Shown: positions 26,758-37,103, counted from the first letter of the stretch. The stretch is 64,000 nucleotides of DNA from Candidatus Moraniibacteriota bacterium (GCA_008012175.1 SSEF01000010.1:2923-66922); one strand, 5' to 3'. Program-made: numbers and translations. Notes: generated from the letters alone by a model not told the origin.

Positions 26758-28689
26758 TTACTTTTTCTCCTCGCCATCGGCGGGCTTTTCCTCCACTTCG
26801 GCGTCCTTGGGCGCCTCTTCAGCCGCGCCCTCAGGCTTGGCTTCGCCAGTCGCACCGGCGGCCGGCTGCTGCGCTGCCTGCGCTTCCTGAGCGGCTTTGT
26901 AGAGCTTCTCGCCGATCTTCTGTGCGGCCTGCGAGAGCGCCTCGGTATGCTTCTTGATCGCCTCGAGGTCGTCGCCGTTCTTCACGTTGGCAAGCTGAGC
27001 GATCGCTTCTTCGACCGGCTTCTTCTCTTCGGCCGTGAGCTTGTCGCCCGCATCTTTCATGGCCTTCTCGGTCGTGTAGCTGAGGGTGTCGGCCATGTTC
27101 CGCGCTTCTATCAGGTCTTTCTTTTTCTTGTCTTCTTCGGCGTGGAGCTCGGCGTCTTTCTTCATACGCTCGATCTCGTCTTTCGATAGACCGGTGCTGG
27201 ACTCGATGCGGATACTCTGCGTCTTGCCGCTCGCCTTGTCTTTGGCAGTCACCGAGAGAATGCCGGACGCGTCGATGTCGAACGATACCTCGATCTGCGG
27301 GATGCCGCGCGGCGCCGGCGGGATGCCGTCGAGGACGAAGCGGCCGAGGGACTTGTTGTCAGCGGCCATCTCGCGTTCACCCTGCAGCACATGGATCTCG
27401 ACCTGCGGCTGATTGTCGGCCGCGGTAGAGAACACCTGGCTCCGGGATACCGGGACGGTGGTGTTGCGCTCGATGAGAGGCGTGCGGACGCCGCCGAGCG
27501 TCTCGATGCCGAACGTGAGCGGAGTTACGTCGAGGAGGAGTACGTCTTTCACGCTCCCCTCGAGCACGCCGCCCTGGATGGCCGCGCCGATCGCGACGAC
27601 TTCATCCGGGTTGACGCTGATATTCGGCTTCTTGCCGAAGAACTTCTCGACGGTGGCGAGGACGAGCGGCATGCGGGTCATACCGCCGACCAACACGACT
27701 TCATTGATGTCAGAAGCCGAGAGCTTGGCATCGGCGAGCGCCTTCTTCACCGGCTCGAGCGTGCCCTCGACCAGGTCATGGACGAGCTCTTCGAGCTTGG
27801 CCCGAGTGAGCTTCATGACGAGGTGCTTCGGACCATCCGCACCGCTCGTGATGAACGGCTGATTGATTTCGGTTTCCTGCGCGGTGGAGAGTTCGATCTT
27901 CGCCTTTTCCGCGGCTTCCTTGATGCGCTGGAGCGCGAGCGGGTCCTTCGAGATGTCGAGACCCTCCTGCTTCTTGAACTCATCGAGGATCCAGTGGATG
28001 ACGCGCTGGTCGAAGTCGTCGCCGCCGAGATGCGTGTCACCATTGGTCGACTTCACTTCGACGGTATCCTCGGACACTTCCAGGATGGAGATGTCGAAGG
28101 TGCCGCCACCGAGGTCATAGACGGCGATCTTTTCGTCTTTCTTCTTGTTGAAGCCATAGGCGAGCGCGGCCGCGGTTGGCTCATTGATGATGCGGCGGAC
28201 ATTCAGTCCGGCGATCTCGCCGGCCTCCTTGGTCGCCTTCCGTTGCGCATCGTCGAAGTACGCCGGGACGGTGATGACCGCGTCGGTGATCTTTTCCCCG
28301 AGTTTTTCCTCAGCGTCGGCCTTCAATTTCTGGAGCACCATGGCGCTGATTTCCTGCGGGCTGTACTCCTTGCCGCCCATGACGACCTTGGCGCCATGCT
28401 CGGACTTGGTCACCTTGTACGGAAGCGTCTTCATGTCGCGCTGCACTTCTTCGTCCTCGAATCGGCGGCCGATGAGGCGCTTCACCGAGAAGAGCGTGTT
28501 CTCCGGGTTCGTCACGGACTGGCGCTTGGCGAGGAGTCCGACGAGGCGCTCGCCGGTCTTCGACACCGCGACCATACTAGGCGTGGTGCGATTGCCTTCC
28601 TTGTTTTCGATGACGCTGGGGCTGCCACCTTCGACGACCGACATGGCCGAGTTGGTGGTCCCGAGGTCGATACCGAGTATCTTTGCCAT
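26758..28689 (-). CDS. dnaK: Molecular chaperone DnaK (Hsp70)
   Basis: [30 protein letters not shown], full Hsp70 architecture with C-terminal acidic tail. Confidence 0.97.
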   Translation of the reverse strand: MAKILGIDLGTTNSAMSVVEGGSPSVIENKEGNRTTPSMVAVSKTGERLVGLLAKRQSVTNPENTLFSVKRLIGRRFEDEEVQRDMKTLPYKVTKSEHGAKVVMGGKEYSPQEISAMVLQKLKADAEEKLGEKITDAVITVPAYFDDAQRKATKEAGEIAGLNVRRIINEPTAAALAYGFNKKKDEKIAVYDLGGGTFDISILEVSEDTVEVKSTNGDTHLGGDDFDQRVIHWILDEFKKQEGLDISKDPLALQRIKEAAEKAKIELSTAQETEINQPFITSGADGPKHLVMKLTRAKLEELVHDLVEGTLEPVKKALADAKLSASDINEVVLVGGMTRMPLVLATVEKFFGKKPNISVNPDEVVAIGAAIQGGVLEGSVKDVLLLDVTPLTFGIETLGGVRTPLIERNTTVPVSRSQVFSTAADNQPQVEIHVLQGEREMAADNKSLGRFVLDGIPPAPRGIPQIEVSFDIDASGILSVTAKDKASGKTQSIRIESSTGLSKDEIERMKKDAELHAEEDKKKKDLIEARNMADTLSYTTEKAMKDAGDKLTAEEKKPVEEAIAQLANVKNGDDLEAIKKHTEALSQAAQKIGEKLYKAAQEAQAAQQPAAGATGEAKPEGAAEEAPKDAEVEEKPADGEEKK

Positions 28690-28722
28690 AGGTTTGAGAT
28701 TAAATGATTGAAAATTGATTAC

Positions 28723-29274
28723 TTATGAAACGATGACTTTGGCTGGCCTGACTATCCTCCCCTTTATCTGATAGCCCTTCTGCACGATCTTCTCTATCCT
28801 GAGCGGTTTCTCATCTTCGCCTTCCTTTGCCTGATGATCGAGCGCTTCGTGACGGGTCGGGTCAAACGCGTCTCCCGGCTTCGCCTCGAGCGGCTCGACG
28901 CCGTAATTTCGGAGTACGTCCTCGAACTGTTTCTCGATATAGGTGATACCGGTGACCCAGGGACTCCCCGCGGCTTCAGCCGGGACATGCTCGACCGCGG
29001 CGTGCAGGTTGTCGAGGACTGGGATGAGCTCGCTCACGATCTGCCCCGAGAGGTGGCCGTAGAGCTCGCGTTCGTCGTTCTTCACCCGCTTCTTGTAGTT
29101 TTCAAAGTCGGCCTGCACCCGTCGGAGGTCATCGAGATACTCGGCCGCCTTAGCCTCGTGATCAACCGCCGTTTCTGCTTCGGGTGTCGTTTCGGCGGTC
29201 GGTTCGGTCACGACCGTTTCCGGTTCGACCTCGATTTCGGCATCTGGCTTCCGTGTTTCTTCTTTGTTAGACAT
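28723..29274 (-). CDS. grpE: Nucleotide exchange factor GrpE
   Basis: Coiled-coil region then KGYQIKGRIVRPAKVIVS C-terminal beta-domain. Confidence 0.9.
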   Translation of the reverse strand: MSNKEETRKPDAEIEVEPETVVTEPTAETTPEAETAVDHEAKAAEYLDDLRRVQADFENYKKRVKNDERELYGHLSGQIVSELIPVLDNLHAAVEHVPAEAAGSPWVTGITYIEKQFEDVLRNYGVEPLEAKPGDAFDPTRHEALDHQAKEGEDEKPLRIEKIVQKGYQIKGRIVRPAKVIVS

Positions 29275-30013
29275 AGGTGATGAGGATTACGACGAGTGAC
29301 GAGGAGAGGAGCTTCTTCATGTGTTCGATGAGGGACTTGTTCTTGGCATACTCCATGCGCTTCGGACCGATGATCGCGAGGATGCCGCGCTCGCCGGCCG
29401 GATCCCGATAGGGCGAGACGACCATAGCGCAGTTTTCGATGCCGGCGACAGGATTCTCTTCCCCGATGTAGATGCGGGTTTCTCCGTCTTTCAGTCCCGC
29501 CATGAGGACGTCGATCTTTTCATCGAGCGTGTCGAGGGTCTCGACGAGGCGGCAGAGCTCGTCCATCTCGCGGAACTCGGGGTTCTCCATGAGCGATTTC
29601 ATGCCGAAGTCGTACATCTCGTCCTTTCCGACGACGCCCGAGACGCCGAGATTTCCTGAGAGCGCCGAGAGGAGCCGGGCCGTGGTGCGCACTGTGCGGG
29701 CGTGCTTCGCCTGGAGCTTCAGGAATTCCTCTTGCAGTTTCTCCTGGTCGCGTTTCGAGAGCGGCTTGTCGCCCATCATCTCCTCAACGTAGAAGCGGTA
29801 GCCGGCATCGGTCGGGATGCGGCCAGCGCTCGTATGCGGCTGATAGAGAAGCCCCTCCCCCTCGAGCGCGAGCATGTCATTTCGAAGCGTGGCCGAAGAG
29901 ACCGGGAAATGATGGCGCTCGAGGAGCGCCTCGGAGCCGACCGGTTGCGCAGTCTTCGTATAGAGCTCGACGACGGCGGCGAGCACTTCGCGTTGGCGTT
30001 CGTTCATATCCAT
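29267..30013 (-). CDS. hrcA: Heat-inducible transcription repressor HrcA (short form)
   Basis: MNERQREVLAAVVELYTKTAQPVGSEAL...SATLRNDMLALEGEGLL winged-helix N-terminus; 248 aa; first gene of hrcA-grpE-dnaK. Confidence 0.85.
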   Translation of the reverse strand: MDMNERQREVLAAVVELYTKTAQPVGSEALLERHHFPVSSATLRNDMLALEGEGLLYQPHTSAGRIPTDAGYRFYVEEMMGDKPLSKRDQEKLQEEFLKLQAKHARTVRTTARLLSALSGNLGVSGVVGKDEMYDFGMKSLMENPEFREMDELCRLVETLDTLDEKIDVLMAGLKDGETRIYIGEENPVAGIENCAMVVSPYRDPAGERGILAIIGPKRMEYAKNKSLIEHMKKLLSSSLVVILITYV

Positions 30014-30034
30014 GTTTTGATTATAGGAAGTCGT

Positions 30035-30061
30035 TTAGCACTCGTCAAGTGTGAGTGCTAA
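30035..30061 (-). promoter_or_regulatory. Perfect CIRCE operator (TTAGCACTC-N9-GAGTGCTAA) in the hrcA-grpE-dnaK promoter region
   Basis: Read directly at 30035-30061, 22 nt upstream of the hrcA start. Confidence 0.9.
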
Positions 30062-30095
30062 AACAGAGAATTTATGAAGATCGGAAAAAGAAAAA

Positions 30096-30119
30096 ACCTA
30101 GAAGACAGCTGTCTTCTAG
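30096..30119 (-). terminator. Perfect 24-nt palindrome (CCTAGAAGACAG|CTGTCTTCTAGG) flanked by A-run/T-run: intrinsic terminator for a minus-strand transcript
   Basis: 12-bp perfect stem; on the minus strand it is followed by TTTTTTCTTTTT. Confidence 0.7.
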
Positions 30120-30446
30120 GTTTGTGGCGACCCTTGCTCATGGGGCTGAATGAGACATCCGCAGCCGACCGCAAGGCCGGCGATGCTCACAATCGTAGCA
30201 AACCAGGCCGTCACCCTGTTGTTCGGATGCTGATCCGAGCGTGGTTTCCTTACCTGTCAAAGCGCAATGCACTGAGACATTGGGGTCATCCGGGACCGGA
30301 TGGATTACCCTCCTCCCCCTTGCTTCTTCCCAGATCCTGTCCAGCGGCCGCTGCAAACACCATTTCATCCCTGCCTCCATTTGTTGCCATGCACGAAAAC
30401 GTCTGGACTGCGCCCTCTTTGCTAGGCGTTTCAGACGCTGCCTATA

Positions 30447-30480
30447 CGGGCTGGAAAAAATAGAAAGGGCCGTCTCCTCT
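30447..30480 (-). terminator. Hairpin (AAAGGGC..CTCC-TCT-GGAG..GCCCTTT) followed on the minus strand by TTTCTATTTTTT
   Basis: Read directly; typical intrinsic terminator geometry on the minus strand. Confidence 0.55.
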
Positions 30481-30513
30481 GGAGAAAGCCCTTTAGTGAG
30501 GATAAGCGGATGC

Positions 30514-30852
30514 TCAATCCAGACCAAATGCGATACCGTCCCGGCCGCCGCCAAAGATGCTCTTCAGCGGAGGATCGGCCACCTCTTGGCATGCATTGCC
30601 CTTTTTGCCGCAACTGAAGCATTCTGCGCTCCCGGGATCATGCTTTCCCCGCGCTTCGCCGAGAGGAATATGATGGTTCACCTGCCGGCAGTGGATGGTT
30701 CCATCCGCCGAATGACCTTTGCCTTTCATCCTCGTCTCCCTCATCAGATTGCAAGGAAATCCAGGGCGAGGGCCGATCTCTATGAGAAGGCCCCTGCCAT
30801 GGAACTCAACCCTGGCACAACTGCCTATGCAGACAGCCTTGGCAATTCCCAC
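30514..30852 (-). CDS. Questionable Cys/His-rich small ORF in an ORF-poor region
   Basis: Ends 34 nt before the 30447-30480 terminator; several Cys/His (CFSCGKKGNAC); overlapped by ORFs in other frames; GC3 lower than neighbouring genes. Confidence 0.2.
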   Translation of the reverse strand: MGIAKAVCIGSCARVEFHGRGLLIEIGPRPGFPCNLMRETRMKGKGHSADGTIHCRQVNHHIPLGEARGKHDPGSAECFSCGKKGNACQEVADPPLKSIFGGGRDGIAFGLD

Positions 30853-31094
30853 TGGAAGACCTGAACTTCCTCTTTGCAGCGTCTAGTGGGATGTTGCGAT
30901 TCTGGGTATTCGGGACATGCGTGCAATGTACCTTGAAAAGCACGTTTTCGACCGGAGGGATCGGGCCACCGGCGTCATCCAGAGGTGGGCGCTGCTTCCC
31001 CTCACCCTCATCCTTACGGCTCCGTCCCCGTTGACGTACAGGCGCTGTTGCCAAGCGCATAGCATGTTGAGACAAAATATCTCTCCTCGTCATT

Positions 31095-31349
31095 TTAACG
31101 ATCACCCTGAGGCGGACTGACTGGGTCGTATCCGCCCTCGGACCACGGATGGCAGCGCAGGATTCTCCTGAATCCCATGCGGCCTCCTCGCAAAACGCCG
31201 AAGCGGTCGATGGCTTCGTAGGTGTACTGCGAGCAAGTCGGATGGAAGCGACAGTATCGCTCGGAAATAATGAGACCGAGGAGACCGTGATTCAAAGAAA
31301 AAGTCTGCTGATACAGACGGATAAGCGCCAGAATAGCTGTTCGGAACAT
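31095..31349 (-). CDS. yidD: Membrane protein insertion efficiency factor YidD
   Basis: [45 protein letters not shown] is the YidD/DUF37 signature. Confidence 0.85.
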   Translation of the reverse strand: MFRTAILALIRLYQQTFSLNHGLLGLIISERYCRFHPTCSQYTYEAIDRFGVLRGGRMGFRRILRCHPWSEGGYDPVSPPQGDR

Positions 31350-31426
31350 GAGCCGAGCATACCCCGTTTCAGATACTTTGTCCAGAGTGGCAGGCCTGCT
31401 ATACTGATGTCAAAGACCAACATACA

Positions 31427-32338
31427 ATGCGCACTCTCACACACAGAAATCTGACGTGGATCGATTTTGAGTCACCGACCAAGGATGACGTGACCTATCT
31501 TCATGAGAATTTCAATATCCACCCGATTGTCCTCGAGGAGCTCGTCACTCCGACGTACCAGCCGAAAGTACTCCATTATGAAGGCTGCCTGTTCTTCTCG
31601 GTCCATATCCCCCTCTTCGATGCAAAGGAGCGGACGACCTATGCCGGCGAACTCGACATCGTCATCACGAACGGGCATCTTATTACCGCGCATCGGCATC
31701 CGATCTATCAGATTGGCAAGTTCTTTGGCGAGCTAGAGAAGAGCGAGGGCAAGCGCCGGCTCTACCTCGAGGATACGCCGGCTCATCTCCTCTATCGGCT
31801 CCTCGAGATCCTCCTCAATTCCTGTTTCCCCAAGCTCCGCCATGTTTCGGAAAAGATCGATCGGATCGAAACAGAGGTCTTTGCTGGTCACGAGAAGGAG
31901 ATGGTCTTCGAGATCTCTCTCGTGAAGCGCGATATCCTGAATTTCCGCCGAACGCTCAAGCCGCAGCGCTCACTCATCGAATCCCTCATCGCGACGAAGC
32001 ACCCCCTCATCCCTTCCGAGCTCGCGGTCTACTTCCAGGATCTCATCGGCACGAATATCCGCGTCTGGAACATGCTAGAGTCGAACAAGGAGACGATCGA
32101 GGCGCTCGAAGCGACGAACAATTCGCTCCTCTCGAACAAGCTGGAGCAGACGATGAAGGTCCTCACGATCTTCTCTGCCGTCATCCTTCCCCTTACCGTT
32201 TACTCGAACGCGATGTCGATGAATACTGCTCATCTCCCGTTCGAACACTATCCCGGCGGCTTCTATTGGCACCTTGGCAGCATGGTTCTCATCTCGGCCC
32301 TGACCATTGTCATCTTCCGCCTGAAACGCTGGCTTTAG
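31427..32338 (+). CDS. CorA-family divalent cation transporter with non-canonical SMN in place of GMN
   Basis: C-terminal two TM helices with PLTVYSNAMSMNTAHLPFE aligning to CorA PLTFIAGIYGMNFEYMPE. Confidence 0.7.
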   Translation: MRTLTHRNLTWIDFESPTKDDVTYLHENFNIHPIVLEELVTPTYQPKVLHYEGCLFFSVHIPLFDAKERTTYAGELDIVITNGHLITAHRHPIYQIGKFFGELEKSEGKRRLYLEDTPAHLLYRLLEILLNSCFPKLRHVSEKIDRIETEVFAGHEKEMVFEISLVKRDILNFRRTLKPQRSLIESLIATKHPLIPSELAVYFQDLIGTNIRVWNMLESNKETIEALEATNNSLLSNKLEQTMKVLTIFSAVILPLTVYSNAMSMNTAHLPFEHYPGGFYWHLGSMVLISALTIVIFRLKRWL

Positions 32339-32509
32339 GCCAGAAACAAGGAATCAAAATATGCCCCGAACGAGGCAGACTCCTATGGAAATCAGCTTCT
32401 TGGGCGGTTTTTCGTTACATAATAGGGACGCTAGGATACGCTATACTGGAAAGGCGCTTCCGCGACAGACATGTGTTTGTTTTGTTCCATACTTTATGCC
32501 CCTTGATTT

Positions 32510-33919
32510 ATGCTAAGTCTTTACAACACTCTCTCCAAAAAGAAGGAGGTCTTTGAGCCGATCGATCCGCCACAAGTGAAACTCTACACCTGTGGACCGA
32601 CAGTCTATGACTATGTCCATATCGGCAATCTGCGCTCCTATGTTATGGCGGACATGCTGCGGCGCGCTCTCTCGGCGTCAGGATTCGAAGTAAAGCACGT
32701 GAAGAACATCACCGATGTCGGGCATCTCACGGCTGACGATATCGCTCAGGGCGACTCCGGCGAAGACAAGATCGCCCGGAAAGCTGCTGCCGAGCACAAG
32801 ACGCCCGAAGAGATCGCCGCTTTCTATACGGAGTACTACCGAGAGACCGAAGTAGCCCTAGGCATACTCCCTCCGGACGAGGAGCCGCATGCAACCGCCT
32901 ATGTGCCGCAGATGATTCAGTTCATCGAACGACTCATCGCCAAGGGTCATGCATACGCCGTAAACGGCAATGTCTTTTTCGATGTGACGAGCTTCCCGGA
33001 TTACGGACAGCTGTCCGGCAATACGCTCGAGAGCTTGAAAGTCGGCGCCCGCCTCGAAGAGCACCCGGACAAGCGGAACCCCTGGGACTTCGCGCTTTGG
33101 CTCCGAGCGCCGGAAGGCCACCTGATGCGCTGGGATTCGCCCTGGGGTATCGGCTACCCTGGCTGGCATATCGAGTGTTCGGCGATGAATCTCGCTACGC
33201 TCGGAAAAACGATCGATATCCACACGGGCGGCGAAGACAATATCTTCCCCCATCATGAGGCCGAGATCGCGCAGAGCGTTTGCGGCAATGAGGCCCCGTT
33301 CGCTCGCTATTGGGTGCACACACGCCACCTCTTGGTCGACGGAGCCAAGATGTCCAAGTCCAAAGGCAATTTCTATCGGCTCGAAGACATCCTCGAACGC
33401 GGCTATACGGCCATGGATCTCCGCATGCTCTTCCTCGGCGCTCATTACCGGAGCCAGATGAATTTCACCTGGGAAGCACTCGCCCAAGCAAAGGCCAATC
33501 GCGAATCGCTCATGAACACTTTCGAGCGCCTTAAAGCGACAAAGGAGACTTTCACCGGAGAAGATTCTCAGGAGATCGAGCTTTTCAAAGCTGCTATTGG
33601 GAATGATCTCAATACCCCACTCGCTCTTTCAATTCTGCTGCGATATGCCGGAAATATGAATAGATCGCTTGATAAAAAGGAATATCACCGTCTTTCCGAA
33701 TCTGATCGAAAAAACCTCTCCGAAATGCTCTTTGACTATTTCGGACTCCAAGTGGAGCCAAGCGAAATCCCGGCTGCCGTAGAATCACTCCTCCGCGAAC
33801 GGCTCGCGGCGAGAAATACGAAGGATTACGCGCGTTCTGATATGCTCCGCGATGAGATCGCGAACCTCGGCTATATCGTTGAAGATGGCCTTCATGGCCA
33901 ATCGATCCGGAAAAAATAA
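32510..33919 (+). CDS. cysS: Cysteine--tRNA ligase
   Basis: CGPTVYDYVHIGNLRSY (HIGH), KMSKSKGNF (KMSKS), Zn ligands C/H present. Confidence 0.93.
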   Translation: MLSLYNTLSKKKEVFEPIDPPQVKLYTCGPTVYDYVHIGNLRSYVMADMLRRALSASGFEVKHVKNITDVGHLTADDIAQGDSGEDKIARKAAAEHKTPEEIAAFYTEYYRETEVALGILPPDEEPHATAYVPQMIQFIERLIAKGHAYAVNGNVFFDVTSFPDYGQLSGNTLESLKVGARLEEHPDKRNPWDFALWLRAPEGHLMRWDSPWGIGYPGWHIECSAMNLATLGKTIDIHTGGEDNIFPHHEAEIAQSVCGNEAPFARYWVHTRHLLVDGAKMSKSKGNFYRLEDILERGYTAMDLRMLFLGAHYRSQMNFTWEALAQAKANRESLMNTFERLKATKETFTGEDSQEIELFKAAIGNDLNTPLALSILLRYAGNMNRSLDKKEYHRLSESDRKNLSEMLFDYFGLQVEPSEIPAAVESLLRERLAARNTKDYARSDMLRDEIANLGYIVEDGLHGQSIRKK

Positions 33920-33953
33920 AAGCGGCTGATACCCTGTTTGGGCAAAAGCCGCT

Positions 33954-34409
33954 TTATCGGATCCTTTTCAGGAGAAGGAGCACCTGCCATTTGACTTGGT
34001 GAGCCGGAACGGCAGCTTGCTCAAAATCGCAGGCCAGGAAAGCTCTCTGCTGGAGCGAATCGAACTCTATCGGAAAATCTCTTTGCCGGCGAGCGAGGCT
34101 CTCCTGCGTGCTGAAGACTCGCGCCTCATCCGCCCAAAGAAAAGAGGTTCCATGGAGAGCCGACCAGATTAGGATATTGTAGCCTTTGAAATACGGGTTC
34201 TCGGCCAGATAGGTCATCCCGATATTCTGTGCGATCTGGTACTGCCGCCGAAAAGCCTTAAGCCGTTCGTAGGCTTCGTTTATTTTCCCGGAGCGGGGCT
34301 GGAAGAGTATAGCCCGTCTCATGCTGAGATCCCGAGGCCCGGGAGACGAAAAAAAATCCCCGAGCTGATCGCCACGGAGAGGAACAGCTTCCCATGGTGG
34401 CGCATTCAT
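33954..34409 (-). CDS. Hypothetical protein
   Basis: 151-aa ORF, no recognisable motif. Confidence 0.4.
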   Translation of the reverse strand: MNAPPWEAVPLRGDQLGDFFSSPGPRDLSMRRAILFQPRSGKINEAYERLKAFRRQYQIAQNIGMTYLAENPYFKGYNILIWSALHGTSFLWADEARVFSTQESLARRQRDFPIEFDSLQQRAFLACDFEQAAVPAHQVKWQVLLLLKRIR

Positions 34410-34560
34410 TTCAATCCCCTAAGAATTTTTTAAAGATCAACAAAACTATAGTATAGAGTAATGATTTTGTCAATAGGTGAAGATATGAACAAACTATCTA
34501 CATTGAAGTTGGAAGGGATACCCGTTAGAATAGAATCCTGATCCTGATACGCCCCTCTTT

Positions 34561-35937
34561 ATGGCAAAATCCTCTAGTCTCCCGGAACATGTCCGCATCC
34601 CTCCTCACAATCTCGAGGCGGAGCAGTCTGTTCTCGGATCGCTCATGCTCGACAAAGACGCGATCATCAAAGTGGCCGATCTCGTGAAGGTCGGAGACTT
34701 CTATAAAGACGATCATAATCGCATCTATGAGGCGATGCTCGGCCTCTACGAGGAACGCGAACCGATTGATGTTCTTTCACTTGCTAACCGCCTCGACGAG
34801 CGGAAGTCCCTCGAGACTGTCGGCGGGGCTGGCTACCTCGCTTCACTCGTGAATTCGGTCCCATCGGCGTCCAATATCGTTCATTATGCGAAAGTCGTCC
34901 AAAAGAAAGCGCTCCTTCGCCGGCTCATCGGCGCCGCATCTCAGATCGTCGAGATGGGTTACGATGATTCCGAGGATGTCCAGGCCGTACTCGATGATGC
35001 CGAGCAGAAGCTCTTCGCCATCTCTCAAAAATACATCAAGCAAGACTTCATACCGATCAGGTCAATCCTCGAAGCCGCCTTCGACCGAATCGACGAGCTC
35101 CACAAAAACGACCAGACGATGCGCGGCGTTCCGACACAATTCGCGGATCTCGACAATCTCCTCGCCGGACTCCAGAAATCTGACCTCATCATCATTGCGG
35201 CGCGTCCCGCAATCGGGAAGACGTCGTTCGCACTCGATATCGCCCGCCAGGTTGGCGTATACGCAAAAGTGCCAGTCGGCATATTTTCCCTCGAAATGGG
35301 CGCCGATCAGCTGATCGACCGCATGCTTGCAGCGCAAGCTGGCGTCGACCTGTGGCGCCTCCGTACCGGAAAGCTCAAAAGCGATGGGCCCGATAATGAT
35401 TTTGAAAAGCTTTCTGATGCAATGGGAGTCCTTTCTGAAGCTCCGATCTTCATTGATGATTCCGGTAGCCTGAATATCATGGAGATGCGGACGATGGCGC
35501 GGCGTCTCCAGGCCGAACATAAGCTCGGCCTTATCATCATTGATTACCTCCAGCTTATGGAAGGCCGTTCCCGTTCCGGAGATAACCGCGTTCAGGAGAT
35601 TTCCGAAATCTCACGCGGCCTGAAACAGCTTGCCCGCGAACTCAACATACCGGTAATCGCTCTTTCCCAGCTCTCTCGCAGCATCGAGTCCCGGCCTGAC
35701 CAGCGCCCAAAACTTTCCGACCTCCGCGAATCTGGATCCATCGAACAGGATGCCGATGTCGTCATGTTCCTCTATCGCGAGGACCGCGTCCGACCGGACA
35801 CCCCGAACAAGAATATCGTCGACATCATCGTCGCCAAGCATCGCAATGGCCCTGTCGGCCAGGTCTCCCTCTACTTCGAAGATAATGCAACGAGTTTCAA
35901 GTCGCTCGAACGCTCACATTCGCCCCTGCCAGAATAA
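34561..35937 (+). CDS. dnaB: Replicative DNA helicase DnaB
   Basis: HNLEAEQSVLGSLMLD N-terminal domain, Walker A ARPAIGKTSFALD, IIIDYLQLM, RecA-like C-terminal domain. Confidence 0.93.
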   Translation: MAKSSSLPEHVRIPPHNLEAEQSVLGSLMLDKDAIIKVADLVKVGDFYKDDHNRIYEAMLGLYEEREPIDVLSLANRLDERKSLETVGGAGYLASLVNSVPSASNIVHYAKVVQKKALLRRLIGAASQIVEMGYDDSEDVQAVLDDAEQKLFAISQKYIKQDFIPIRSILEAAFDRIDELHKNDQTMRGVPTQFADLDNLLAGLQKSDLIIIAARPAIGKTSFALDIARQVGVYAKVPVGIFSLEMGADQLIDRMLAAQAGVDLWRLRTGKLKSDGPDNDFEKLSDAMGVLSEAPIFIDDSGSLNIMEMRTMARRLQAEHKLGLIIIDYLQLMEGRSRSGDNRVQEISEISRGLKQLARELNIPVIALSQLSRSIESRPDQRPKLSDLRESGSIEQDADVVMFLYREDRVRPDTPNKNIVDIIVAKHRNGPVGQVSLYFEDNATSFKSLERSHSPLPE

Positions 35938-35963
35938 GCTTGTGAAGGAAAATTCTTCCGCCT

Positions 35964-36554
35964 ATGCGCTATCCAAAAGCCTTTGAATCACTCATTACGC
36001 ATTTTGCCAGCCTTCCTTCGATCGGTCCGAAGATGGCGGAACGGCTCGTTCTCTATCTCTTCAAGCAGGAAGAAGGAAAGATCGTCGCCTTTGCTGAAAG
36101 CCTTGAGGGCCTGAAGCATCTCTCGAGCTGTCGGGAGTGTTTCTACATTTCGGAATCCGAACTCTGCGGCTTCTGCAGCGATAGTTCGCGCGACCGGACG
36201 ACCATCTGTGTCGTAGAAGAGCCGCTCGATGTCATCGCGATCGAACGGACCGGGAGCTACTGCGGCCTCTATCACGTCCTCGGCGGTGTCCTGGATGCCG
36301 GACGCGATGACTCAATACTCCGGATCGCCGAATTGAAACAGCGAGCCACGGGATCAGCTGTCACCGAAGTCATCCTCGCTACCAACCCCACGACTGAAGG
36401 CGACATGACGGCTTTCTTTCTTCGGACCAAGCTCGCCGATCTCCCTGTCAAGGTGACGCGCATCGCCCGCGGCATGGCGACCGGGGGCGACATCGAATAC
36501 GCTGATGAACTGACCCTCACCTCATCCTTGACAAATCGTCAGGAATTGGTATAA
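35964..36554 (+). CDS. recR: Recombination protein RecR
   Basis: HhH N-terminus, C4 zinc finger CRECFYISESELCGFC, Toprim domain. Confidence 0.9.
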   Translation: MRYPKAFESLITHFASLPSIGPKMAERLVLYLFKQEEGKIVAFAESLEGLKHLSSCRECFYISESELCGFCSDSSRDRTTICVVEEPLDVIAIERTGSYCGLYHVLGGVLDAGRDDSILRIAELKQRATGSAVTEVILATNPTTEGDMTAFFLRTKLADLPVKVTRIARGMATGGDIEYADELTLTSSLTNRQELV

Positions 36555-36614
36555 TGTACAGTCGTTTCTTTGGCAACTTTTTTGCGCCACTCACCGCATA
36601 GAGGAGGATGAACC

Positions 36615-37103
36615 ATGTCTCACGATAATGCATCATCACCCCCATCGCCTGAATTTTGCTGCTGGATAGATCAGGAACGGCTGAAACAGCTCTTGCCGCA
36701 CCAGGGTAACGCCCTACTGATCGATAAGGCATTGGTCTACCCTCAGAAGTACAGAGGGGATGGGTTTCTCACCACCGCTCTCGCGATGCATGTCTTTGAC
36801 GGCCATTTCCCCGGAAGACCCATCATGCCGGGGCACTGGCTGATCGAATTTGCGAGCCTCACCTGCGCTACCATATTTACCGTCTCGAGCGGTATTCCCA
36901 TCACTGGGACTGCTGGCGTACGTATCGTGTCTATCGATGGTATCCGTTTCAAGGCTGAAGTCCGACCCGGAGACAAATTGATCTGCGAGGCCACGCTCAT
37001 TCAGCGCAAAAAGATACTGGCCCTTTTTTCCGCAACTATTCGGACTCGCGCCGAAAGAAAGGAGGTATGTCGGATTAAGGAATTGGTCGGGATCCTCGTA
37101 TAG
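36615..37103 (+). CDS. Hotdog-fold FabZ/FabA-like dehydratase
   Basis: HFPGRPIMPGHWLIEFASL resembles the FabZ HFPGNPIMPG active-site region. Confidence 0.65.
   Translation: MSHDNASSPPSPEFCCWIDQERLKQLLPHQGNALLIDKALVYPQKYRGDGFLTTALAMHVFDGHFPGRPIMPGHWLIEFASLTCATIFTVSSGIPITGTAGVRIVSIDGIRFKAEVRPGDKLICEATLIQRKKILALFSATIRTRAERKEVCRIKELVGILV

Noticed and set aside
27391-28707. 438-aa and several 70-175-aa ORFs on the plus strand opposite dnaK
   Set aside because: Antisense to a clearly authentic, highly conserved Hsp70 gene; Arg/Ala/Gly-rich translations typical of GC-rich antisense frames.
30241-30864. 207-aa plus-strand ORF (Arg/Cys/His-rich) in the hrcA-yidD spacer
   Set aside because: Overlapped by ORFs in several other frames, lower third-position GC than real genes here, no motif; the region is treated as unresolved rather than called as a CDS.
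30070-31095. Looked for RNase P RNA (GGAAAGUCCGG, ACAGAACCCGGCUUA), tmRNA (GGUUCGAAUCC...CCACCA end) and SRP RNA (AGGAAGCAGC) signatures on both strands
   Set aside because: None of these conserved strings was found by eye, so no specific ncRNA call is made.
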